DNA of 64,000 bases from Acholeplasmatales bacterium (GCA_017449215.1 JAFSJY010000070.1:887-64886); one strand, 5' to 3'. Shown: positions 38,789 to 48,844, counted from the stretch's first letter. Numbers and translations are program-made. Notes: generated from the sequence alone by a model not told the origin.

Positions 38789-39385
38789 TTACCTCACAAA
38801 CAAAAGATAACTTATATTAAAATACTGAATTAATTTTGCAATATTTTGAAATGAAGCATTATATAGAATATCATCGCTAGAATTATACTTTCTTAATGTA
38901 TTTAAGCTTAATGAAGTAGCTTTACATAAATCATTTAAGGAACATCTCTTTTCTTCACATAGTATTCTTAATATTGTTTTTCCGTTTTCCTTTTTATGGA
39001 AGTAATCAACCAATGACGAAAAATCCATTTCGTGATAAATAGAATATATATTCATCATTTCTTCAAAAGGTAATTTTAAGAAAAGATACACAAATGGCTT
39101 TTTTGTTTTAATATGCAAATCAAAATAGTTTTGACCGCACCAATATGCATCATTGTATACACCATAGCTATTATCTTCTTTTGGTTCATAGCCAGTAATA
39201 GAAAATAATAACTGTTCTATTGGCTTATTAAATAATTCATTATATTTATCTTTTTCAATTGCATCTATAAAAGAGCTATTTGAAAGCATATTTGTAAATG
39301 ATTTAAAATTAATCTTATTTCTAACTGCTAATACAAATAACCTAGAAAAAGTTTCTCTTAAATTATCTAATTCATAATCATTCAT
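38789..39385 (-). CDS. DUF3990-associated protein with C-terminal XRE-like HTH
   Basis: AYWCG..IYHEMD; SLNDLCKATSLSLNTLRKY. Confidence 0.7.
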   Translation of the reverse strand: MNDYELDNLRETFSRLFVLAVRNKINFKSFTNMLSNSSFIDAIEKDKYNELFNKPIEQLLFSITGYEPKEDNSYGVYNDAYWCGQNYFDLHIKTKKPFVYLFLKLPFEEMMNIYSIYHEMDFSSLVDYFHKKENGKTILRILCEEKRCSLNDLCKATSLSLNTLRKYNSSDDILYNASFQNIAKLIQYFNISYLLFVR

Positions 39386-40034
39386 TATCCATCACCAAAT
39401 CTCTAAGTCTAATTCCTTTTTTATACCTATCAGCTTCTAATAAATCAGTAAAAATCTTATCTGCATCACTTTTTCTTTTATAATAATCCTCTTGGCTTTT
39501 TTCAGACACTTCTTGATAATCAATAAACTTTATCAGTTTGAACGCTCTTTCAGATATTAGAACATATTGTTTACCTAAATCTCCTGCTGTAAAAATCGAA
39601 TTCAATGATTCAAGTGTTATTTCACTTCTAACAAAAGCTTCAGGAAAATGGAAATAACTATCATCAGCACGATATCCAATTACAACATCATAATCACTAA
39701 CTTTAAGTAAATATTTGTCTTCAAGATATTTTAATTCTCTTGGATAATTATTTCTTAAGCTACTTGATAATTCTCTATTATGCATTAATAAACTAACCCA
39801 ATATAAAACATCATTAAATGGAGGCTTCGTCAAATCAAGAATTTTTAATCTATCATCTCTTAAACTATATTTATTGATATATCCTTTACCACTTCTTTTT
39901 GCAGCCCATTCTTTTGCAAGTCCTTTATTAGTTGTGCAATAAAAGCCAAGCCCATAATCATTGTGAATATTACCTTTTAAATATTCTGGTTCTTTTATTA
40001 TAAATTCACTACCATGATATAAAATTCTTTCCAT
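39378..40034 (-). CDS. DUF3990 family protein (ADP-ribosyltransferase-like motifs)
   Basis: LYHGS..DYGLGFYCT..AKEWA..DVVIGYRADD..GKQY. Confidence 0.8.
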   Translation of the reverse strand: MERILYHGSEFIIKEPEYLKGNIHNDYGLGFYCTTNKGLAKEWAAKRSGKGYINKYSLRDDRLKILDLTKPPFNDVLYWVSLLMHNRELSSSLRNNYPRELKYLEDKYLLKVSDYDVVIGYRADDSYFHFPEAFVRSEITLESLNSIFTAGDLGKQYVLISERAFKLIKFIDYQEVSEKSQEDYYKRKSDADKIFTDLLEADRYKKGIRLRDLVMDNE

Positions 40035-40189
40035 AATCTATATTGTGTACATTTTTTGCTGTTTTGATGTACTACAATACACCAAAATACATTTTTTACA
40101 TACACGTTCCTTTCGTTTTTATTATAGCAGTAAATATTGAATAATGCAAGAAAAAACACCTTAAGATTATCTCCTAAGGTGTAATTAAA

Positions 40190-41554
40190 CTACTTCTTTA
40201 ATGTTAAAGTTGTTACTGATTCTACTAAAGCAGTATTTGGGAACATATCTACAGGTGTAATAGAATTAACATTATATTTTTCAGTAAGTCTATTTAAATT
40301 CTTTGCTAGTGTTGCAGGATTACATGAAACATAAATTAATCTCTTTACATTAGATTCTAATATAGCATTAATGAATTTATCATCAAGACCAGTTCTAGGT
40401 GGATCTACTACTATTACATCAAATGTAATACCATCCTTTATTAACTTAGGCAATAGCTCATGAGCATTACCTTGCATAAATTTAGCATTGCTAATCTTAT
40501 TTAATTTAGCATTTTCTGTAGCGGCAATTACTGAATCCTTATTATATTCAATACCAATTACCTCTTTAGAATTATGAGCTAAATATAAACCAATTGAACC
40601 AACACCACAATAAGCATCTAATACTCTTTCCTTAAAGCTTAGCTTACAAGCCTTTAATACAACATCATACATTGCTTCTGCTTGTGCTGAGTTTAATTGG
40701 AAGAATGTATTAGGATAGATTTGATATTTAATCTTACCTAATGTTTCAATGATATAAGGCTTACCCTCTAATAATTCGATATCCTTACCAATGATTTCAG
40801 CACCAGAATCTAATGAATCATTAACTGATCTATAAACACCAATTACATTCTTAAGCCCTGCTACCTTCTTGGCTAATTCCTTAACCTTATCATTCTTTTC
40901 GTAGCATACCAAGCATACTAATGCCTCATTCTTCTTATTTACTCTTATAGTTATATATCTAATAATTCCTCTATTAGTTTTATAAGAGAAAATAGATAGC
41001 TTTAATTCATCAATAAGCTTACAAATCTTATTATTTAAATCATTAATAGTATCCTTTTGTACTAAGCAATTATTAATAGATACAGCAATATTTGAATTAG
41101 CCTTTGTCATGGCTACGCTAGCACCACTAGCATTCTTTACAACCTGAAGCTGACTTCTATTTCTATATTTGAAGCATTCAGATTCTAAAGTTGGCTTTAT
41201 TTCAAATTGTCTTGTATTTATCTTTGTATATCTATTGATAGATTCAATTAGAATCTCTCTCTTTAATTCCTTCATTAGTGATGGTGCTATATGCATTGTA
41301 TTACATCCACCACATTCATTATAATATGGACATTCAGGTTCCTTTCTATCACTTGATGCATGCTTTATTTCTAATGTTTTAGCAAAAGCCATCTTATCTA
41401 AAACCTTAGTTATTTCAACATTGTGTCCCTCTCCTGGAATCGCACCATCTACAAATACAGCAACATGATTATAAAAACCAATACCTTCTCCATTAATACC
41501 TAATCTTTTAACATCTAGGATAAAATTATCTCCTACCTTAAGATTATTTGCCAT
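40190..41554 (-). CDS. rlmD: 23S rRNA (uracil-5)-methyltransferase RlmD
   Basis: TRAM domain, CPYYNECGGC 4Fe-4S, FFQLN, LDAYCGVG, VVDPPR, YVSCNP, VDMFP. Confidence 0.95.
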   Translation of the reverse strand: MANNLKVGDNFILDVKRLGINGEGIGFYNHVAVFVDGAIPGEGHNVEITKVLDKMAFAKTLEIKHASSDRKEPECPYYNECGGCNTMHIAPSLMKELKREILIESINRYTKINTRQFEIKPTLESECFKYRNRSQLQVVKNASGASVAMTKANSNIAVSINNCLVQKDTINDLNNKICKLIDELKLSIFSYKTNRGIIRYITIRVNKKNEALVCLVCYEKNDKVKELAKKVAGLKNVIGVYRSVNDSLDSGAEIIGKDIELLEGKPYIIETLGKIKYQIYPNTFFQLNSAQAEAMYDVVLKACKLSFKERVLDAYCGVGSIGLYLAHNSKEVIGIEYNKDSVIAATENAKLNKISNAKFMQGNAHELLPKLIKDGITFDVIVVDPPRTGLDDKFINAILESNVKRLIYVSCNPATLAKNLNRLTEKYNVNSITPVDMFPNTALVESVTTLTLKK

Positions 41555-43025
41555 CTTTCTTCACCGCCTTAAAATCATTAAATTTGGCAAAGCCATTTGA
41601 ATTTGCATTACCTCTAGCAAATAGACCATATTTACCACCAATCCATCTTCCAGGTAATCCAACAAATTCTTTATTAATTTTCTTACCATTTATGCCAAAT
41701 TTATAAACACCAGGATATTTAAAATATAAATTAAATACAACATTATCATTATCATATTCAAATTCTTCTAATACATTATCCTGATTATTAAATGAGCCTT
41801 CACTCAATAATATATAATTCTTATTATTTTTTCTTTTTACACTAATATATGCATATTCCCTACCCATGAAGCATAAGCCAGCCTCATCACCTTCATTTTT
41901 TAGGCTCAAAACGATTTTTACACTTACATTGAATGAGAATGCATTTATCTTAGTTAAGAATAAATTAGGGCACAAATTTAAGCTATTAGCTGATTCTAAA
42001 TCATTTACACATTTTAAAATTAATCCCTTATCCAATTTATACCATTCTTCTTTTAAATATGCAGGAGTTTGCCACATAAGTGATAGTTTATCATTTTTAA
42101 ACTTATCACTCATTAATAAATCATAATTAGATTCCTTATCAACTAAATAATCATAAGAATCTACTGGAGTACCTGCAAGTAGTGGATCCTTCACACTACC
42201 ACATAATGGCCAGCCATCACTCCAAGTAACTGGCTCTAAGTTAACAATTCTTCCATATACACCCATATCCTGGAAATGAATAAAGGCATAATTACCATCA
42301 GGTAAATCTATTAAAGCTCCCTGATGTGGTCCATTTATTTTAGAATCATTTTGTAGCATAATGATTTTTTCTTCATATGGACCATAAATATTTTTACTTC
42401 TTAATGCTGTTTGCCAGCCTGTTTTAACTGAACCTGCTGGAGCCAGAATATAAATATAATCATCTATTTTATAGAACTTAGGACCTTCAATTGTAGGCTG
42501 AGTATTATGACCATCATAAATAAATTTATAATCAGTTAATCTCTTCCTACAATCCTTAGTTATTTCAAATACAGCAAGCTTAGAATTAAATCCAATTCTA
42601 GATTTAACAAAGCCAATAACTACATAGCATTTATCATCTAACCAAATTGGACATGGATCCTCATAGCCCTTTCCTTCTAGAATAGGCCAAGGCTCACTCC
42701 AATCTCCCTTTTCAATATCTGTACATTCAGATACATAGATGCCTTCATCAGGAAATGGAATAAATGCGTAAAATTTACCTTCATTATATCGAATTGAAGG
42801 TGCCCAAGCACCTTCACCATGACATACCTTATTAAATTTATCAAATGGAAGCTTATCAAATATATAACCTATTTGTTTCCAATTAACTAAATTTTTAGAT
42901 TTTAATACAGGAACACCTGGAAAGTGATTAAATGATGATGCAATCATATAATAATTATCTTTATGTCTAATTACATCTGGATCTGAATAATCAGATACAA
43001 TAATTGGATTATTATATTTCATCAT
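41544..43025 (-). CDS. Glycoside hydrolase family 43 with C-terminal beta-sandwich (beta-xylosidase/arabinofuranosidase-like)
   Basis: SDPDVIR, SSFNHFPG, GAWAPSIRY, EDPCP, IEGPK, GPHQG; no signal peptide. Confidence 0.9.
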   Translation of the reverse strand: MMKYNNPIIVSDYSDPDVIRHKDNYYMIASSFNHFPGVPVLKSKNLVNWKQIGYIFDKLPFDKFNKVCHGEGAWAPSIRYNEGKFYAFIPFPDEGIYVSECTDIEKGDWSEPWPILEGKGYEDPCPIWLDDKCYVVIGFVKSRIGFNSKLAVFEITKDCRKRLTDYKFIYDGHNTQPTIEGPKFYKIDDYIYILAPAGSVKTGWQTALRSKNIYGPYEEKIIMLQNDSKINGPHQGALIDLPDGNYAFIHFQDMGVYGRIVNLEPVTWSDGWPLCGSVKDPLLAGTPVDSYDYLVDKESNYDLLMSDKFKNDKLSLMWQTPAYLKEEWYKLDKGLILKCVNDLESANSLNLCPNLFLTKINAFSFNVSVKIVLSLKNEGDEAGLCFMGREYAYISVKRKNNKNYILLSEGSFNNQDNVLEEFEYDNDNVVFNLYFKYPGVYKFGINGKKINKEFVGLPGRWIGGKYGLFARGNANSNGFAKFNDFKAVKKDGK

Positions 43026-43036
43026 CTAACCTCCCA

Positions 43037-44770
43037 TTATATTCTCATAATATCATTTACAGTAACGAAGATCATTAAACCTAATAATAGAATCATAAAG
43101 ATACCATTAATAATAGCTTCCACCTTCTTAGGAACCCTCTTCTTTGTTATAGCCTCAATAATAACAAATAATATCTTACCACCATCTAATGCAGGAATAG
43201 GTAATAAATTAACAATACCTAAATTTACAGATAACATAGCAGCGAATGCTAATAATGGAATAATACCAGCATTAACATAAGATTTAATTTGACCAAAGAT
43301 ACCAACTACACCACTTAAATTAGATACTCCAACCTGTCTTACATCTGATGGAGCGATTAATAGCTTTAATGTTCTAAAGATAACTGTGAAATCTGTCCAG
43401 AACATTTCAAATGCTTGACCAATACATGGGAAGAAATCGAAATGTGTTGTTGAGCTTACACCAATTAAATGAACAATCTTAGTAACATTTTGGCTTTCTA
43501 ATAATTCGTCTGTATATGGTTCTATTTCTTTTGATTCAGAATATGAAATTAAATTATATTCATCATCAGATTTATCTTCAGTATTTTTATTATCTAAATG
43601 ATAATATTGGAATTTAATTGTAGGAGCACCTTTTCCAACATGCTCGCTAACTAAATATGCTAAATAGCCATAACCACTTAATGATTTACCATCAACCTCA
43701 TATGATGATTCATTTAATGAATATTCAGTACCATCAATTGAAATGCCTACTAAATAATCACCCTTAGCAATCTTATTAGCAAAATTTGAATCATCCTTAT
43801 TCTTATAAACAGGATTTACATTACCAACCTCTAAACCATAGATTCCACTCTTTGTTGGTACTTCTACTAATCCTTTTGTTGTAGCACCATAATCAGATAA
43901 GCCAAATGAATTAAATGCAGTACGTGAATAAATCACATATTCAAATTCTTCATTATTTCTTGAAACCTTAATAGTCGCACTTGTTTGATAGTTTTCATAT
44001 ACCTTACTCATTTCTGATGAGAAGCTATCCCAGCTAGATGTAGCTACACCATTTACAGAAATGATTTTATCTCCTGCCTGTAATACCTCACTTGCAGGGA
44101 AGTTTTCTGTAATACCACCAATTTCATTTGATGATGTATTAGCTACACCTGAAGCAAATGAAACAATGAAATAAATAATTAATGCTAATATAAAATTCAT
44201 AAAAGCACCAGCGAAGAATACAATTAATCTCCAAGGCTTAGATTTAGAATCAACTGTTCTTTCATATGGTGGAATACCTAATCTTTGATTCTTTTCAAAG
44301 ATGTATGTTGCATTATCAGAAACGAAATATTGATTTACATTACCACTTTCGTCCTCTAATGTAATATACATAGGCTCACCATTATCGCCTAATAAATCTA
44401 ATTCAATAGCTTTACCTCTTACACTAGATTCTCTTGATGGGTCTAAGACTACCTCTGTAATCTTACCCTCCTCATCAAAATTAAGACCTATTTCAGGTTG
44501 CTTCTTAATGTCAGATGATAAATCAATCATACCTGCCATTTGAACAAATCCACCAATTGGAATTGCTCTTATAGAATATTGAGTTTCACCCTTTTGCTTT
44601 TTATAAATAATAGGACCAAATCCAATAGAGTAATCATAGCATAATACTCCTGCCTTTTTAGCCGCTACTAAATGTCCAAGCTCATGTAATGAAATACTTA
44701 AACCAATTATAATTACAAAAGCTAAAATAGCTATTATAGTAAGAAATGGTTCACTTAATGCTAATATCAT
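43037..44770 (-). CDS. rseP: RIP metalloprotease RseP (with PDZ and extra insertions)
   Basis: HELGH, PIGGFV, FAGAFMN, NLLPIPALDGG. Confidence 0.93.
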   Translation of the reverse strand: MILALSEPFLTIIAILAFVIIIGLSISLHELGHLVAAKKAGVLCYDYSIGFGPIIYKKQKGETQYSIRAIPIGGFVQMAGMIDLSSDIKKQPEIGLNFDEEGKITEVVLDPSRESSVRGKAIELDLLGDNGEPMYITLEDESGNVNQYFVSDNATYIFEKNQRLGIPPYERTVDSKSKPWRLIVFFAGAFMNFILALIIYFIVSFASGVANTSSNEIGGITENFPASEVLQAGDKIISVNGVATSSWDSFSSEMSKVYENYQTSATIKVSRNNEEFEYVIYSRTAFNSFGLSDYGATTKGLVEVPTKSGIYGLEVGNVNPVYKNKDDSNFANKIAKGDYLVGISIDGTEYSLNESSYEVDGKSLSGYGYLAYLVSEHVGKGAPTIKFQYYHLDNKNTEDKSDDEYNLISYSESKEIEPYTDELLESQNVTKIVHLIGVSSTTHFDFFPCIGQAFEMFWTDFTVIFRTLKLLIAPSDVRQVGVSNLSGVVGIFGQIKSYVNAGIIPLLAFAAMLSVNLGIVNLLPIPALDGGKILFVIIEAITKKRVPKKVEAIINGIFMILLLGLMIFVTVNDIMRI

Positions 44771-44772
44771 AA

Positions 44773-45915
44773 TTAATCACCATATTTTTTATAAATATTA
44801 TTCATAATTTCCTTACTTACAGAAATTATATTATCAAGATTATATTCAATGCCTTGATATTTTGTGTTAGTAATCTCTTCATAAATAATATCTTCTATTT
44901 GTAAAAACTTAATTTTCTTTTCTAAGAATAATTTAACAGCAGCCTCATTAGCTGCATTTAATACAGCATAATAAATACCACCTGATTTAGCTGCCATATA
45001 TGCATATAAAAGACAAGGATATCTTTTATAATCTAGCTTTCTAAAATGTAAATCTAAACCAAATATATCTAGATTATCAGACTCTAAATTATTATGAGAT
45101 GGATATCTTAAAGCATAAGATATTGGAGTATGCATATCTGCAGTACCAAGCTCAGCCTTAATAGTACCATCATTATATTCAACCATAGAGTGAACAATAG
45201 ATTCAGGATGTAATACAGCTTCTATCTTGTTATAAGGCATATCAAATAAATAATGTGCCTCAATAACCTCAAAGCCCTTATTCATCATAGTCGCTGAATC
45301 AATAGTTATCTTAGCACCCATCTTCCAATTAGGATGCTTTAGGGCATCATCAACTGTAACATCAACTAGCTCTTCTCTTTCCTTATTTCTAAAAGAACCA
45401 CCAGATGCTGTTATTAATAATCTTTTAACCTCAGTTTTTTTCTCACCCTGTAAGCATTGTAAAATAGCAGAATGCTCTGAATCAATAGGAACTAAATCAA
45501 CATTATTTTCCTTTACTAATGATTTAATGATATCACCAGCAACAACTAATGTTTCCTTATTTGCTAAACAAATAGTCTTTTTAGATTTAATAGCATAGAC
45601 TGTAGGTAATAATCCAGAAATACCAACTAAGGCATTAACAAATACCTCATCTTCATATTTATCATTATGATAAGAAGATACCTCTAATAAGCCCTCATCA
45701 CCATAAACAATTTTAGGATTATATGATAAATCACATTTATTTTCTCTAAAGCATACAATTTCAGGCTTAAATTCTTCTATTAATTCCTTAGCTAGCTTTA
45801 AATCTCTACCAAGTGATAAGCCTACTACCTTAAATTCATTTGGATTTGATCTAACAATATCTAATGTTTGTCTTCCTATAGAGCCTGAAGCTCCAACAAT
45901 ATATAAATATCTCAT
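44773..45915 (-). CDS. dxr: 1-deoxy-D-xylulose-5-phosphate reductoisomerase
   Basis: GASGSIG, LANKETLV, PIDSEHSA, TASGGSFR, HPNWKMGAKITIDSATMMNKG. Confidence 0.97.
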   Translation of the reverse strand: MRYLYIVGASGSIGRQTLDIVRSNPNEFKVVGLSLGRDLKLAKELIEEFKPEIVCFRENKCDLSYNPKIVYGDEGLLEVSSYHNDKYEDEVFVNALVGISGLLPTVYAIKSKKTICLANKETLVVAGDIIKSLVKENNVDLVPIDSEHSAILQCLQGEKKTEVKRLLITASGGSFRNKEREELVDVTVDDALKHPNWKMGAKITIDSATMMNKGFEVIEAHYLFDMPYNKIEAVLHPESIVHSMVEYNDGTIKAELGTADMHTPISYALRYPSHNNLESDNLDIFGLDLHFRKLDYKRYPCLLYAYMAAKSGGIYYAVLNAANEAAVKLFLEKKIKFLQIEDIIYEEITNTKYQGIEYNLDNIISVSKEIMNNIYKKYGD

Positions 45916-45929
45916 TTATAACACTTCCA

Positions 45930-46889
45930 TTATGCAAATAGACAAAGAATAATTACTAAAATTAATAAGAACATCGCAGATGCGAAGAATGCAGAATCGA
46001 ATCTATCTAATATACCACCATGTCCTGGGAAGATATTAGAATAATCCTTTATACCATAAGCTCTCTTAAGCTTAGAAGCTACTAAGTCTCCAATTTGAGA
46101 ACAAATTGATAAGAATAATGTTAATACAATAGCTACTATAATATTACCGAATGTTGAGAAATCCTCTTTAATAATTCCATCAAAGAATTCAATAGATTCA
46201 CCATGGAATGCAGGTGAAATTAATGAATACATTGAAATAATAACTGTACCTAATACTAATGCTGTAATTGTACCACCAATAGCACCCTCCCAGGTTTTCT
46301 TAGGAGAAATAGTTGGCGCCATCTTATGCTTTCCAAATAACATACCAAACACTAAGGCAAATGTATCAGTGAATATTGTAATTGCAAGTAAATATACAAT
46401 GAATCTTAATCCGAATGAATATAATACTGTAAATGCTCCTACGCAAATACCAGAATATAATACGGATAAGAACAAACGACCTACATCAGAAACCTCAAAA
46501 TCAGGAACTAAAACCATCATTGTCATAAATGCTAAGAACATAAGGATGATTGCAGTAAATGGAGTTGTAAATTTATCGAATAAGATACCCTTTAATATTT
46601 TATGAATCATAGGGTCTTCTCTAAATTTAGAACCAAACGAAGACATATAGAACCAGTTAACAACTGAGAAATACATAACAATTGTTAAAAATACTGTAAA
46701 AATCTTAACCCATAAAGGAATCTTTTTAGACTTGTCATACATATTTAATAGTTCTATTTCAGCTCCGACAGCTACGAACATTAAAAGAACCTCTAATATC
46801 CTTCTACAAATAACAAATTTTACAGAAAGAATTAATAAAGGCAAAGCTATCATTATTAATATACTTGCAGTGACAAAACGTTTTTTCAC
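45930..46889 (-). CDS. cdsA: Phosphatidate cytidylyltransferase
   Basis: SPKKTWEG, GDLVASKLKR..GIKD..PGHGGILDRFDS; GTG start. Confidence 0.95.
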   Translation of the reverse strand: MKKRFVTASILIMIALPLLILSVKFVICRRILEVLLMFVAVGAEIELLNMYDKSKKIPLWVKIFTVFLTIVMYFSVVNWFYMSSFGSKFREDPMIHKILKGILFDKFTTPFTAIILMFLAFMTMMVLVPDFEVSDVGRLFLSVLYSGICVGAFTVLYSFGLRFIVYLLAITIFTDTFALVFGMLFGKHKMAPTISPKKTWEGAIGGTITALVLGTVIISMYSLISPAFHGESIEFFDGIIKEDFSTFGNIIVAIVLTLFLSICSQIGDLVASKLKRAYGIKDYSNIFPGHGGILDRFDSAFFASAMFLLILVIILCLFA

Positions 46890-47035
46890 GATTTTAGCCT
46901 CCCTTTTTAAGGATTATTATCAATAATCCTACAAAAATTCATTTTATTATATCATTTTGAATTATAAAAATCTAGATATTAGAGCCAAATGAGGGCTTTA
47001 TTAAGAAAAAATGATTGGATATAAATCCAACCAAT

Positions 47036-47164
47036 TTATTTCTTCTTTTTATTTCTAACAACAAAGAATAGAACCAAGCATAATATAACTATAATTGCCG
47101 CAGCAACACTAGCTATTATTATAGCAGGTCCATAAACACCCATAGGAGCTACATCTAAAAGCAT
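47036..47164 (-). CDS. 42-aa single-pass membrane peptide B
   Basis: MLLDVAPMGVYGPAIIIASVAAAIIVILCLVLFFVVRNKKKK*, own AGAAAGGA SD. Confidence 0.7.
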   Translation of the reverse strand: MLLDVAPMGVYGPAIIIASVAAAIIVILCLVLFFVVRNKKKK

Positions 47165-47192
47165 AACTAAAATATCCTTTCTATAAATTTTC

Positions 47193-47351
47193 TTATTTTT
47201 TATTTTTCTTTTTATATCTAATAACAAAGAATAAAAGTAAAACTAACGCAATTACAACACCAGCAGCAATACTAGCAATAACTAAGCTATTACTACCATT
47301 GTTTTCTGTTATTGGATTATCAAAATTATCAACTATAACATCTAAGAACAT
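47193..47351 (-). CDS. 52-aa single-pass membrane peptide A (not in ORF track)
   Basis: MFLDVIVDNFDNPITENNGSNSLVIASIAAGVVIALVLLLFFVIRYKKKNKK*, own AGAAAGGA SD. Confidence 0.7.
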   Translation of the reverse strand: MFLDVIVDNFDNPITENNGSNSLVIASIAAGVVIALVLLLFFVIRYKKKNKK

Positions 47352-47365
47352 AGCTTAATTCCTTT

Positions 47366-47725
47366 CTATATACTTATATTTGCTAAAGCCAATAGGCTTG
47401 TTAATAAAAGCCCAATTGAAAAGCTAAATGCATTACAAAAGAATCCATATAAAAGACTCTTCTTTTTATCTTTGATAATTAAGTAATATAAGAATGCTTC
47501 TATAAATACTATTAATATTTCTAATCCTGTAACTACCAAATAATATTGTAGCATAGAATCAAAAATATAATACTTCAAGAATAAATTAAGAGGTATATTT
47601 GTTGCTGCATTAATAACTAAAGAAGCAAATAATACCTTCATTCTTCTTTCAGATAGTATAAGTAATACAATCACTTCTATTAAGCATGTAAGTAAATAAT
47701 ATATTAAGATATCTATATCAATCAC
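47366..47725 (-). CDS. Small 4-TM membrane protein with intramembrane Glu/Asn motifs
   Basis: TCLIE..NAATN and IVFIE..NAFS, an internal duplication. Confidence 0.7.
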   Translation of the reverse strand: MIDIDILIYYLLTCLIEVIVLLILSERRMKVLFASLVINAATNIPLNLFLKYYIFDSMLQYYLVVTGLEILIVFIEAFLYYLIIKDKKKSLLYGFFCNAFSFSIGLLLTSLLALANISI

Positions 47726-48758
47726 CTAGCCTTGCTTTATTAATTTTTATATTAACAAATAACACTAGGAATAATGATAATAGGCTACCTATACCTATCA
47801 ATATTTTAGTAGCTATATCTGGATAATTAATCATACCAAATAAATAACCAGGAACTAAGAAGGCAGCTAGTAAGCCAAAGGCAAAGCCTTCTTTTTCCTT
47901 TAATAAATCATTTATTAAATATAATGTTAATGGCATTGAGCAGTTAAATAATAAAATGCCTAGTAATGCCAAATATAAATATGAATTAAAGAATATTAAT
48001 AATATAGCAGATAATACCATTGTAATAATTATTGTTTTATTGATGCCAATAAATTTAGCTATAACACCACCTAATGCTTTACCAAGCATTGATGCAGCAC
48101 CTATCATTATTAAAACCCATAAAGGCTTTTCAAATTCTAGTGGTATTATTTTGCCTACAAATGATCTTATTAATACAACTACTACGATTAGCAGGATTAG
48201 TACTAAAAGCCAATCCTGGCTCAATTTAATATCATTTAATACAGGTTTATCTTCTACTTCATAATCCTTAGATAATAAAAGAATTAATGTAATTATTACA
48301 GCAAGGCTTATAAATGTAATCCATACTGCTAAATGATGGATATTTGTTCCTATTACTAGACCTAAAGCACCAGTTGAAACAAATACACCTAAATATACAA
48401 TATTGTTATTTGTTTTAGATATAACATATTTACCACCACAAACATGGAAGAATGAATTACCTATACCTAGTAAGATTGCGCTTATTATATATTGGAATTT
48501 AAATATAATTCCTAATATAAGAGATGCGATTGAGATTATTAAGAATAATCTTTCCTTATCCTTATATCTATCAATTAATAATCCTACAAATGGCTGTGTG
48601 CAAAAGGCTATAATATTATACATTAAAAATATGATTAATGATTTATTATCATTACCATCATACAATGATGAGAATATAACTAAGGCACAAATGCCATCTA
48701 CTAAAAAATGTAGGGTTGTAAATAGAATAGTTGCGATAGTAGGCTTAATCTTAAACAT
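47718..48758 (-). CDS. MFS-like membrane protein
   Basis: About 12 TM; HFLVD, QPFVGLLIDR, GNSFFHVCGG, KALGGVIA. Confidence 0.7.
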   Translation of the reverse strand: MFKIKPTIATILFTTLHFLVDGICALVIFSSLYDGNDNKSLIIFLMYNIIAFCTQPFVGLLIDRYKDKERLFLIISIASLILGIIFKFQYIISAILLGIGNSFFHVCGGKYVISKTNNNIVYLGVFVSTGALGLVIGTNIHHLAVWITFISLAVIITLILLLSKDYEVEDKPVLNDIKLSQDWLLVLILLIVVVVLIRSFVGKIIPLEFEKPLWVLIMIGAASMLGKALGGVIAKFIGINKTIIITMVLSAILLIFFNSYLYLALLGILLFNCSMPLTLYLINDLLKEKEGFAFGLLAAFLVPGYLFGMINYPDIATKILIGIGSLLSLFLVLFVNIKINKARLGD

Positions 48759-48844
48759 AAAAACTCCAAAAATAACTTATTTAATAATTAAGTACGATTT
48801 TATACTTCGAATCAATTATAGCACACAGAAAAATGTTTTTGTAT

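Larger units (their letters stand above)
37931..40151. mobile_element. 2.2-kb islet at the rlmD 3' end flanked by 71-bp direct repeats, no integrase
   Basis: Flanking duplication; cargo GNAT, HTH protein, DUF3990. Confidence 0.7.

Noticed and set aside
47036-47227. 63-aa version of peptide B from the ORF track
   Set aside because: The upstream start lies inside peptide A; the SD supports ATG 47164.
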